64,000 bases of DNA, from the NCBI GenBank assembly GCA_002189035.1, contig NEEC01000136.1:1-64000 (forward strand). Reading direction: 5' to 3'. This document shows, piece after piece, positions 1-12,000 of the stretch. The notes under the pieces are model-generated. The model was given only the letters and a program-made list of their open reading frames with translations. It made no database searches and was not told the DNA's origin. Position numbers and translations under genes: made by a program. The stretch comes from Utricularia gibba (lineage: Eukaryota; Plantae; Magnoliophyta). Each line of letters opens with the position of its first letter. Position 1 is the stretch's first letter.

Positions 1-3000
1 CTGACTTCACAGCACAATAAGGTCCCATTCGACGAAAATCGTGATACCTTTATTGAAGTGAGGATCTCAAGACCACCCCAAATGCTTTTTTCAACAGCAT
101 GCTATACACTTGAGAAGGCGCTTTTGTGGGTCACCGAGATCGGGCCGGAATTCGGGTCGGGCTTGGGGGACAAAGTCAGCTGTAGCCCGTCAAAGAAGTG
201 ATGCATTTATTAACGTTGGGTTGTCGGCGGCTGCCCACATGGTTTTTCAAGCAACAGCTTGCCGTTTTAAGGTGGGTGCTGTCGTTGGCAGCTTTGTAAG
301 GGCCCAAGGTTTGGTCTGGCTCCTTAGCCCAATCGGGTCCTACTCGATGAAAATCGTGATGCATTTAATGAAGTTATGATGTCATGAGCGCCCCAAATGG
401 TTTTCTCAACAACCTGATTTATATTTGACGAGGTGCTCTAGGCTGGCACTAGTATCGAGCAAATGGTCGAGTCGCGCTCTGGCCCATAGTCATTTGTAGC
501 CCGGCCAAAAAAGTGATGCATTTATTAACGTTGGGTTTTCGGCGGCTGCCTACATGCTTTTTCAAGGAAAAGTTGTCGTTTTTTGGCGGGTGCTGTTGTT
601 GGGAACTTCGTCCGGACCCAAGGTTCGGTCTGACTTCACAGCACAATAAGGTCCCATTCGACGAAAATCGTGATACCTTTATTGAAGTAGGATCTCATGA
701 CCACCCCAAATGCTTTTTTCAACAGCATGCTTACACTTGAGAAGGCGCTTTTGTGGGTCACCGAGATCGGGCCGGAATTCGGGTCGGGCTTGGGGACAAA
801 GTCAGCTGTAGCCCGTCAAAAGAAGTGATGCATTTATTAACGTTGGTTGTCGGCGGCTGCCCACATGGTTTTTCAAGCAACAGCTTGCCGTTTTAAGGTG
901 GGTGCTGTCGTTGGCAGCTTTGTAAGGGCCCAAGGTTTGGTCTGGCTCCTAGCCCAATCGGGTCCTACTCGATGAAAATCGTGATGCATTTAATGAAGTT
1001 AGGATGTCATGAGCGCCCCAAATGGTTTTCTCAACAACCTGATTTATATTTGACGAGGTGCTCTAGGCTGGCACTAGTATCGAGCAAATGGTCGAGTCGC
1101 GCTCTGGCCCATAGTCATTTGTAGCCCGGCCAAAAAGTGATGCATTTATTAACGTTGGGTTTTCGGCGGCTGCCTACATGCTTTTTCAAGGAAAAGTTGT
1201 CGTTTTTTGGCGGGTGCTGTTGTTGGGAACTTCGTCCGGACCCAAGGTTCGGTCTGACTTCACAGCACAATAAGGTCCCATTCGACGAAAATCGTGATAC
1301 CTTTATTGAAGTAGGATCTCATGACCACCCCAAATGCTTTTTTCAACAGCATGCTTAAACTTGAGAAGGCGCTTTTGTGGGTCACCCAGATCGGCCGGAA
1401 TTCGGGTCGGGCTTGGGGACAAAGTCAGCTGTAGCCCGTCAAAAGAAGTGATGCATTTATTAACGTTGGGTTGTCGGCGGCTGCCCACATGGTTTTTCAA
1501 GCAACAGCTTGCCGTTTTAAGGCGGGTGCTGTCGTTGGCAGCTTTGTAAGGGCCCAAGGTTTGGTCTGGCTCCTAGCCCAATCGGGTCCTACTCGATGAA
1601 AATCGTGATGCATTTAATGAAGTTAGGATGTCATGAGCGCCCCAAATGGTTTTCTCAACAACCTGATTTATATTTGACGAGGTGCTCTAGGCTGGCACTA
1701 GTATCGAGCAAATGGTCGAGTCGCGCTCTGGCCCATAGTCATTGTAGCCCGGCCAAAAAAGTGATGCATTTATTAACGTTGGGTTTTCGGCGGCTGCCTA
1801 CATGCTTTTTCAAGGAAAAGTTGTCGTTTTTTGGCGGGTGCTGTTGTTGGGAACTTCGTCCGGACCCAAGGTTCGGTCTGACTTCACAGCACAATAAGGT
1901 CCCATTCGACGAAAATCGTGATACCTTTATTGAAGTGAGGATCTCAGACCACCCCAAATGCTTTTTTCAACAGCATGCTATACACTTGAGAAGGCGCTTT
2001 TGTGGGTCACCAGATCGGGCCGGAATTCGGGTCGGGCTTGGGGGACAAAGTCAGCTGTAGCCCGTCAAAAGAAGTGATGCATTTATTAACGTTGGGTTGT
2101 CGGCGGCTGCCCACATGGTTTTTCAAGCAACAGCTTGCCGTTTTAAGGGGGTGCTGTCGTTGGCAGCTTTGTAAGGGCCCAAGGTTTGGTCTGGCTCCTT
2201 AGCCCAATCGGGTCCTACTCGATGAAAATCGTGATGCATTTAATGAAGTTAGGATGTCATGAGCGCCCCAAATGGTTTTCTCAACAACCTGATTTATATT
2301 TGACGAGGTGCTCTAGGCTGGCACTAGTATCGAGCAAATGGTCGAGTCGCGCTCTGGCCCATAGTCATTTGTAGCCCGGCCAAAAAAGTGATGCATTTAT
2401 TAACGTGGGTTTTCGGCGGCTGCCTACATGCTTTTTCAGGAAAAGTTGTCGTTTTTTGGCGGGTGCTGTTGTTGGAACTTCGTCCGGACCCAAGGTTCGG
2501 TCTGACTTCACAGCACAATAAGGTCCCATTCGACGAAAATCGTGATACCTTTATTGAAGTGATCTCAGACCACCCCAAATGCTTTTTTCAACAGCATGCT
2601 ATACACTTGAGAAGGCGCTTTTGTGGGTCACCGAGATCGGGCCGGAATTCGGGTCGGGCTTGGGGGACAAAGTCAGCTGTAGCCCGTCAAAAGAAGTGAT
2701 GCATTTATTAACGTTGGGTTGTCGGCGGCTGCCCACATGGTTTTTCAAGCAACAGCTTGCCGTTTTAAGGTGGGTGCTGTCGTTGGCAGCTTTGTAAGGG
2801 CCCAAGGTTTGGTCTGGCTCCTTAGCCCAATCGGTCCTACTCGATGAAAATCGTGATGCATTTAATGAAGTTATGATGTCATGAGCGCCCCAAATGGTTT
2901 TCTCAACAACCTGATTTATATTTGACGAGGTGCTCTAGGCTGGCACTAGTATCGAGCAAATGGTCGAGTCGCGCTCTGGCCCATAGTCATTTGTAGCCCG

Positions 3001-6000
3001 GCCAAAAAAGTGATGCATTTATTAACGTTGGGTTTTCGGCGGCTGCCTACATGCTTTTTCAAGGAAAAGTTGTCGTTTTTTGGCGGGTGCTGTTGTTGGG
3101 AACTTCGTCCGGACCCAAGGTTCGGTCTGACTTCACAGCACAATAAGGTCCCATTCGACGAAAATCGTGATACCTTTATTGAAGTGAGGATCTCATGACC
3201 ACCCCAAATGCTTTTTTCAACAGCATGCTATACACTTGAGAAGGCGCTTTTGTGGGTCACCCGAGATCGGCCGGAATTCGGGTCGGGCTTGGGGACAAAG
3301 TCAGCTGTAGCCCGTCAAAAGAAGTGATGCATTTATTAACGTTGGGTTGTCGGCGGCTGCCCACATGGTTTTTCAAGCAACAGCTTGCCGTTTTAAGGGG
3401 TGTGCTGTCGTTGGCAGCTTTGTAAGGGCCCAAGGTTTGGTCTGGCTCCTAGCCCAATCGGGTCCTACTCGATGAAAATCGTGATGCATTTAATGAAGTT
3501 ATGATGTCATGAGCGCCCCAAATGGTTTTCTCAACAACCTGATTTATATTTGACGAGGTGCTCTAGGCTGGCACTAGTATCGAGCAAATGGTCGAGTCGC
3601 GCTCTGGCCCATAGTCATTTGTAGCCCGGCCAAAAAAGTGATGCATTTATTAACGTTGGGTTTTCGGCGGCTGCCTACATGCTTTTTCAAGGAAAAGTTG
3701 TCGTTTTTTGGCGGGTGCTGTTGGGAACTTCGTCCGGACCCAAGGTTCGGTCTGACTTCACAGCACAATAAGGTCCCATTCGACGAAAATCGTGATACCT
3801 TTATTGAAGTGAGGATCTCATGACCACCCCAAATGCTTTTTTCAACAGCATGCTTTACACTTGAGAAGGCGCTTTTGTGGGTCACCCAGATCGGGCCGGA
3901 ATTCGGGTCGGGCTTGGGGGACAAAGTCAGCTGTAGCCCGTCAAAAGAAGTGATGCATTTATTAACGTTGGGTTGTCGGCGGCTGCCCACATGGTTTTTC
4001 AAGCAACAGCTTGCCGTTTTAAGGTGGGTGCTGTCGTTGGCAGCTTTGTAAGGGCCCAAGGTTTGGTCTGGCTCCTTAGCCCAATCGGGTCCTACTCGAT
4101 GAAAATCGTGATGCATTTAATGAAGTTAGGATGTCATGAGCGCCCCAAATGGTTTTCTCAACAACCTGATTTATATTTGACGAGGTGCTCTAGGTGGCAC
4201 TAGTATCGAGCAAATGGTCGAGTCGCGCTCTGGCCCATAGTCATTTGTAGCCCGGCCAAAAAAGTGATGCATTATTAACGTTGGGTTTTCGGCGGCTGCC
4301 TACATGCTTTTCAGGAAAAGTTGTCGTTTTTTGGCGGGTGCTGTTGTTGGGAACTTCGTCCGGACCCAAGGTTCGGTCTGACTTCACAGCACAATAAGGT
4401 CCCATTCGACGAAAATCGTGATACCTTTATTGAAGTGAGGATCTCAGACCACCCCAAATGCTTTTTTCAACAGCATGCTTTACACTTGAGAAGGCGCTTT
4501 TGTGGGTCACCGAGATCGGGCCGGAATTCGGGTCGGGCTTGGGGACAAAGTCAGCTGTAGCCCGTCAAAAGAAGTGATGCATTTATTAACGTTGGGTTGT
4601 CGGCGGCTGCCCACATGGTTTTTCAAGCAACAGCTTGCCGTTTTAAGGTGGGTGCTGTCGTTGGCAGCTTTGTAAGGGCCCAAGGTTTGGTCTGGCTCCT
4701 TAGCCCAATCGGGTCCTACTCGATGAAAATCGTGATGCATTTAATGAAGTTATGATGTCATGAGCGCCCCAAATGGTTTTCTCAACAACCTGATTTATAT
4801 TTGACGAGGTGCTCTAGGCTGGCACTAGTATCGAGCAAATGGTCGAGTCGCGCTCTGGCCCATAGTCATTTGTAGCCCGGCCAAAAAAGTGATGCATTTA
4901 TTAACGTTGGGTTTTCGGCGGCTGCCTACATGCTTTTTCAAGGAAAAGTTGTCGTTTTTTGGCGGGTGCTGTTTTGGGAACTTCGTCCGGACCCAAGGTT
5001 CGGTCTGACTTCACAGCACAATAAGGTCCCATTCGACGAAAATCGTGATACCTTTATTGAAGTGAGGATCTCAAGACCACCCCAAATGCTTTTTTCAACA
5101 GCATGCTTACACTTGAGAAGGCGCTTTTGTGGGTCACCCAGATCGGCCGGAATTCGGGTCGGCTTGGGGACAAAGTCAGCTGTAGCCCGTCAAAAGAAGT
5201 GATGCATTTATTAACGTTGGGTTGTCGGCGGCTGCCCACATGGTTTTTCAAGCAACAGCTTGCCGTTTTAAGGCGGGTGCTGTCGTTGGCAGCTTTGTAA
5301 GGGCCCAAGGTTTGGTCTGGCTCCTGAGCCCAATCGGGTCCTACTCGATGAAAATCGTGATGCATTTAATGAAGTTAGGATGTCATGAGCGCCCCAAATG
5401 GTTTTCTCAACAACCTGATTTATATTTGACGAGGTGCTCTAGGCTGGCACTAGTATCGAGCAAATGGTCGAGTCGCGCTCTGGCCCATAGTCATTTGTAG
5501 CCCGGCCAAAAAAGTGATGCATTTATTAACGTTGGGTTTTCGGCGGCTGCCTACATGCTTTTTCAAGGAAAAGTTGTCGTTTTTTGGCGGGTGCTGTTGT
5601 TGGGAACTTCGTCCGGACCCAAGGTTCGGTCTGACTTCACAGCACAATAAGGTCCCATTCGACGAAAATCGTGATACCTTTATTGAAGTGAGGATCTCAT
5701 GACCACCCCAAATGCTTTTTTCAACAGCATGCTATACACTTGAGAAGGGCTTTTGTGGGTCCCGAGATCGGGCCGGAATTCGGGTCGGGCTTGGGGACAA
5801 AGTCAGCTGTAGCCCGTCAAAAAGAAGTGATGCATTTATTAACGTTGGGTTGTCGGCGGCTGCCCACATGGTTTTTCAAGCAACAGCTTGCCGTTTTAAG
5901 GTGGGTGCTGTCGTTGGCAGCTTTGTAAGGGCCCAAGGTTTGGTCTGGCTCCTTAGCCCAATCGGGTCCTACTCGATGAAAATCGTGATGCATTTAATGA

Positions 6001-9000
6001 AGTTATGATGTCATGAGCGCCCCAAATGGTTTTCTCAACAACCTGATTTATATTTGACGAGGTGCTCTAGGCTGGCACTAGTATCGAGCAAATGGTCGAG
6101 TCGCGCTCTGGCCCATAGTCATTTGTAGCCCGGCCAAAAAAGTGATGCATTTATTAACGTTGGGTTTTCGGCGGCTGCCTACATGCTTTTTCAAGGAAAA
6201 GTTGTCGTTTTTTGGCGGGTGCTGTTGTTGGGAACTTCGTCCGGACCCAAGGTTCGGTCTGACTTCACAGCACAATAAGGTCCCATTCGACGAAAATCGT
6301 GATACCTTTATTGAAGTGAGGATCTCAAGACCACCCAAATGCTTTTTTCAACAGCATGCTATACACTTGAGAAGGCGCTTTTGTGGGTCACCGAGATCGG
6401 GCCGGAATTCGGGTCGGCTTGGGGGACAAAGTCAGCTGTAGCCCGTCAAAAGAAGTGATGCATTTATTAACGTTGGGTTGTCGGCGGCTGCCCACATGGT
6501 TTTTCAAGCAACAGCTTGCCGTTTTAAGGTGGGTGCTGTCGTTGGCAGCTTTGTAAGGGCCCAAGGTTTGGTCTGGCTCCTTAGCCCAATCGGGTCCTAC
6601 TCGATGAAAATCGTGATGCATTTAATGAAGTTATGATGTCATGAGCGCCCCAAATGGTTTTCTCAACAACCTGATTTATATTTGACGGTGCTCTAGGCTG
6701 GCACTAGTATCGAGCAAATGGTCGAGTCGCGCTCTGGCCCATAGTCATTTGTAGCCCGGCCAAAAAAGTGATGCATTTATTAACGTTGGGTTTTCGGCGG
6801 CTGCCTACATGCTTTTTCAAGGAAAAAGTTGTCGTTTTTTGGCGGGTGCTGTTGGGAACTTCGTCCGGACCCAAGGTTCGGTCTGACTTCACAGCACAAT
6901 AAGGTCCCATTCGACGAAAATCGTGATACCTTTATTGAAGTGAGGATCTCAAGACCACCCCAAATGCTTTTTTCAACAGCATGCTATACACTTGAGAAGG
7001 CGCTTTTGTGGGTCACCGAGATCGGGCCGGAATTCGGGTCGGGCTTGGGGACAAAGTCAGCTGTAGCCCGTCAAAAGAAGTGATGCATTTATTAACGTTG
7101 GGTTGTCGGCGGCTGCCCACATGGTTTTTCAAGCAACAGCTTGCCGTTTTAAGGTGGGTGCTGTCGTTGGCAGCTTTGTAAGGGCCAAGGTTTGGTCTGG
7201 CTCCTAGCCCAATCGGGTCCTACTCGATGAAAATCGTGATGCATTTAATGAAGTTATGATGTCATGAGCGCCCCAAATGGTTTTCTCAACAACCTGATTT
7301 ATATTTGACGAGGTGCTCTAGGCTGGCACTAGTATCGAGCAAATGGTCGAGTCGCGCTCTGGCCCATAGTCATTTGTAGCCCGGCCAAAAAAGTGATGCA
7401 TTTATTAACGTTGGGTTTTCGGCGGCTGCCTACATGCTTTTTCAAGGAAAAGTTGTCGTTTTTTGGCGGGTGCTGTTGTTGGGAACTTCGTCCGGACCCA
7501 AGGTTCGGTCTGACTTCACAGCACAATAAGGTCCCATTCGACGAAAATCGTGATACCTTTATTGAAGTGAGGATCTCATGACCACCCCAAATGCTTTTTT
7601 CAACAGCATGCTTTACACTTGAGAAGGCGCTTTTTGTGGGTCACCGAGATCGGGCCGGAATTCGGGTCGGGCTTGGGGGACAAAGTCAGCTGTAGCCCGT
7701 CAAAAGAAGTGATGCATTTATTAACGTTGGGTTGTCGGCGGCTGCCCACATGGTTTTTCAAGCAACAGCTTGCCGTTTTAAGGCGGGTGCTGTCGTTGGC
7801 AGCTTTGTAAGGGCCCAAGGTTTGGTCTGGCTCCTTAGCCCAATCGGGTCCTACTCGATGAAAATCGTGATGCATTTAATGGTTATGATGTCATGCGCCC
7901 CAAATGGTTTTCTCAACAACCTGATTTATATTTGACGAGGTGCTCTAGGCTGGCACTAGTATCGAGCAAATGGTCGAGTCGCGCTCTGGCCCATAGTCAT
8001 TTGTAGCCCGGCCAAAAAAGTGATGCATTTATTAACGTTGGGTTTTCGGCGGCTGCCTACATGCTTTTTCAAGGAAAAGTTGTCGTTTTTTGGCGGGTGC
8101 TGTTGTTGGGAACTTCGTCCGGACCCAAGGTTCGGTCTGACTTCACAGCACAATAAGGTCCCATTCGACGAAAATCGTGATACCTTTATTGAAGTTAGGA
8201 TCTCATGACCACCCCAAATGCTTTTTTCAACAGCATGCTTTACACTTGAGAAGGCGCTTTTGTGGGTCACCCAGATCGGGCCGGAATTCGGGTCGGGCTT
8301 GGGGGACAAAGTCAGCTGTAGCCCGTCAAAAGAAGTGATGCATTTATTAACGTTGGGTTGTCGGCGGCTGCCCACATGGTTTTTCAAGCAACAGCTTGCC
8401 GTTTTAAGGTGGGTGCTGTCGTTGGCAGCTTTGTAAGGGCCCAAGGTTTGGTCTGGCTCCTTAGCCCAATCGGGTCCTACTCGATGAAAATCGTGATGCA
8501 TTTAATGAAGTTATGATGTCATGAGCGCCCCAAATGGTTTTCTCAACAACCTGATTTATATTTGACGAGGTGCTCTAGGCTGGCACTAGTATCGAGCAAA
8601 TGGTCGAGTCGCGCTCTGGCCCATAGTCATTTGTAGCCCGGCCAAAAAAGTGATGCATTATTAACGTTGGGTTTTCGGCGGCTGCCTACATGCTTTTTCA
8701 AGGAAAAGTTGTCGTTTTTTGGCGGGTGCTGTTGTTGGGAACTTCGTCCGGACCCAAGGTTCGGTCTGACTTCACAGCACAATAAGGTCCCATTCGACGA
8801 AAATCGTGATACCTTTATTGAAGTGAGGATCTCAAGACCACCCCAAATGCTTTTTTCAACAGCATGCTTTAAACTTGAGAAGGCGCTTTTGTGGGTCACC
8901 CAGATCGGGCCGGAATTCGGGTCGGGCTTGGGGACAAAGTCAGCTGTAGCCCGTCAAAAGAAGTGATGCATTTATTAACGTTGGGTTGTCGGCGGCTGCC

Positions 9001-12000
9001 CACATGGTTTTTCAAGCAACAGCTTGCCGTTTTAAGGTGGGTGCTGTCGTTGGCAGCTTTGTAAGGGCCCAAGGTTTGGTCTGGTAGCCAATCGGGTCCT
9101 ACTCGATGAAAATCGTGATGCATTTAATGAAGTTATGATGTCATGAGCGCCCCAAATGGTTTTCTCAACAACCTGATTTATATTTGACGAGGTGCTCTAG
9201 GCTGGCACTAGTATCGAGCAAATGGTCGAGTCGCGCTCTGGCCCATAGTCATTTTGTAGCCCGGCCAAAAAAGTGATGCATTTATTAACGTTGGGTTTTC
9301 GGCGGCTGCCTACATGCTTTTTCAAGGAAAAGTTGTCGTTTTTTGGCGGGTGCTGTTGTTGGGAACTTCGTCCGGACCCAAGGTTCGGTCTGACTTCACA
9401 GCACAATAAGGTCCCATTCGACGAAAATCGTGATACCTTTATTGAAGTAGGATCTCATGACCACCCCAAATGCTTTTTTCAACAGCATGCTATAAACTTG
9501 AGAAGGCGCTTTTGTGGGTCACCGAGATCGGGCCGGAATTCGGGTCGGGCTTGGGGGACAAAGTCAGCTGTAGCCCGTCAAAAGAAGTGATGCATTTATT
9601 AACGTTGGGTTGTCGGCGGCTGCCCACATGGTTTTTCAAGCAACAGCTTGCCGTTTTAAGGCGGGTGCTGTCGTTGGCAGCTTTGTAAGGGCCCAAGTTT
9701 GGTCTGGCTCCTTAGCCCAATCGGGTCCTACTCGATGAAAATCGTGATGCATTTAATGAAGTTAGGATGTCATGAGCGCCCCAAATGGTTTTCTCAACAA
9801 CCTGATTTATATTTGACGAGGTGCTCTAGGCTGGCACTAGTATCGAGCAAATGGTCGAGTCGCGCTCTGGCCCATAGTCATTTGTAGCCCGGCCAAAAAA
9901 GTGATGCATTTATTAACGTTGGGTTTTCGGCGGCTGCCTACATGCTTTTTCAAGGAAAAGTTGTCGTTTTTTGGCGGGTGCTGTTGTTGGGAACTTCGTC
10001 CGGACCCAAGGTTCGGTCTGACTTCACAGCACAATAAGGTCCCATTCGACGAAAATCGTGATACCTTTATTGAAGTTAGGATCTCATGACCACCCCAAAT
10101 GCTTTTTTCAACAGCATGCTTTAACTTGAGAAGGCGCTTTTGTGGGTCACCGAGATCGGGCCGGAATTCGGGTCGGGCTTGGGCCCAAAGTCAGCTGTAG
10201 CCCGACAAAAGAAGTGATGCATTTATTAACGTTGGGTTGTCGGCGGCTGCCCACATGGTTTTTCAAGCAACAGCTTGCCGTTTTAAGGCGGGTGCTGTCG
10301 TTGGCAGCTTTGTAAGGGCCCAAGGTTTGGTCTGGCTCCTGAGCCCAATCGGGTCCTACTCGATGAAAATCGTGATGCATTTAATGAAGTTATGATGTCA
10401 TGAGCGCCCCAAATGGTTTTCTCAACAACCTGATTTATATTTGACGAGGTGCTCTAGGCTGGCACTAGTATCGAGCAAATGGTCGAGTCGCGCTCTGGCC
10501 CATAGTCATTTGTAGCCCGGCCAAAAAAGTGATGCATTTATTAACGTTGGGTTTTCGGCGGCTGCCTACATGCTTTTTCAAGGAAAAGTTGTCGTTTTTT
10601 GGCGGGTGCTGTTGTTGGGAACTTCGTCCGGACCCAAGGTTCGGTCTGACTTCACAGCACAATAAGGTCCCATTCGACGAAAATCGTGATACCTTTATTG
10701 AAGTTAGGATCTCATGACCACCCAAATGCTTTTTTCAACAGCATGCTATACACTTGAGAAGGCGCTTTTGTGGGTCACCGAGATCGGGCCGGAATTCGGG
10801 TCGAGCTTGGGCCCAAAGTCAGCTGTAGCCCGTCAAAAGAAGTGATGCATTTATTAACGTTGGGTTGTCGGCGGCTGCCCACATGGTTTTTCAAGCAACA
10901 GCTTGCCGTTTTAAGGCGGGTGCTGTCGTTGGCAGCTTTGTAAGGGCCCAAGGTTTGGTCTGGCTCCTGAGCCCAATCGGGTCCTACTCGATGAAAATCG
11001 TGATGCATTTAATGAAGTTATGTCATGTCAACTGAGCGCTCCCAAATGGTTTTCTCATACAACCTGATGCTTATTATTTTGACGAGGTTGTCGTCGGGTA
11101 GGCTGGCACTTCACAGTAAGGTCCGAGCATAATTGGTCTGAGCTCGCGCTCATTGAGCGCCATAGTCGATTCTGTAGCCCGAGCCAAGTCAAAAGTGATG
11201 CATTTATTAACGTTGGGTTTTCGGCGGCTGCCTACATGCTTTTTCAAGGAAAAGTTGTCGTTTTTTGGCGGTGCTGTTGTTGGGAACTTCGTCCGGACCC
11301 AAGGTTCGGTCTGACTTCACAGCACAATAGGTCCCATTCGACGAAAATCGTGATACCTTTATTGAAGTTAGGATCTCATGACCACCCCAAATGCTTTTTT
11401 CAACAGCATGCTTATGACACTTGGGTCGAGAAGTCAGCTGCCGTTTTGTGGGTTGGCACCAAGAGAATCGGGCCGGAATTCTGGGTCGGGCCTTGATGAC
11501 GGACAAATGTGGTCAGCTGGTAGCCCGGCTGGCAAAAGAATGTGAGTGCATTTATTAACGTTGGGTTGTCTCATGGCGGCTGCCTTCACATCGGTTTTTC
11601 AAGCAACATTGCTCATGCCGCTTTTAAGGCGGGTGCTGTCGTTGGCAGCTTTGTAAGGGCCCAAGGTTTGGTCTGGCTCCTTAGCCCAATCTGGGAGGTC
11701 TCTACTCGATGAAAATCGTGATGCATTTAATGAAGTTATGATGTCATGAGCGCCCCAAATGGTTTTCTCACAACCTGATTTATATTTGACGAGGTGCTCT
11801 AGGCTGGCACTAGTATCGAGCAAATGGTCGAGTCGCGCTCTGGCCCATAGTCATTTGTAGCCCGGCCAAAAAAGTGATGCATTTATTAACGTTGGGTTTT
11901 CGGCGGCTGCCTACATGCTTTTTCAAGGAAAAGTTGTCGTTTTTTGCGGGTGCTGTTGTTGGGAACTTCGTCCGGACCCAAGGTTCGGTCTGACTTCACA

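Noticed and set aside
653-675. CENP-B box-like motif near TTCGACGAAAATCGTG
   Set aside because: It does not fit TTCGNNNNANNCGGG, and the other TTCG/CCCG sites I checked on both strands also fail.
690-720. Resemblance of ACCACCCCAAA and the ~156 bp unit to grass centromeric CentC/CentO
   Set aside because: Only about 11 nt of remembered similarity, and unit length alone is not diagnostic. A BLAST search would be needed.
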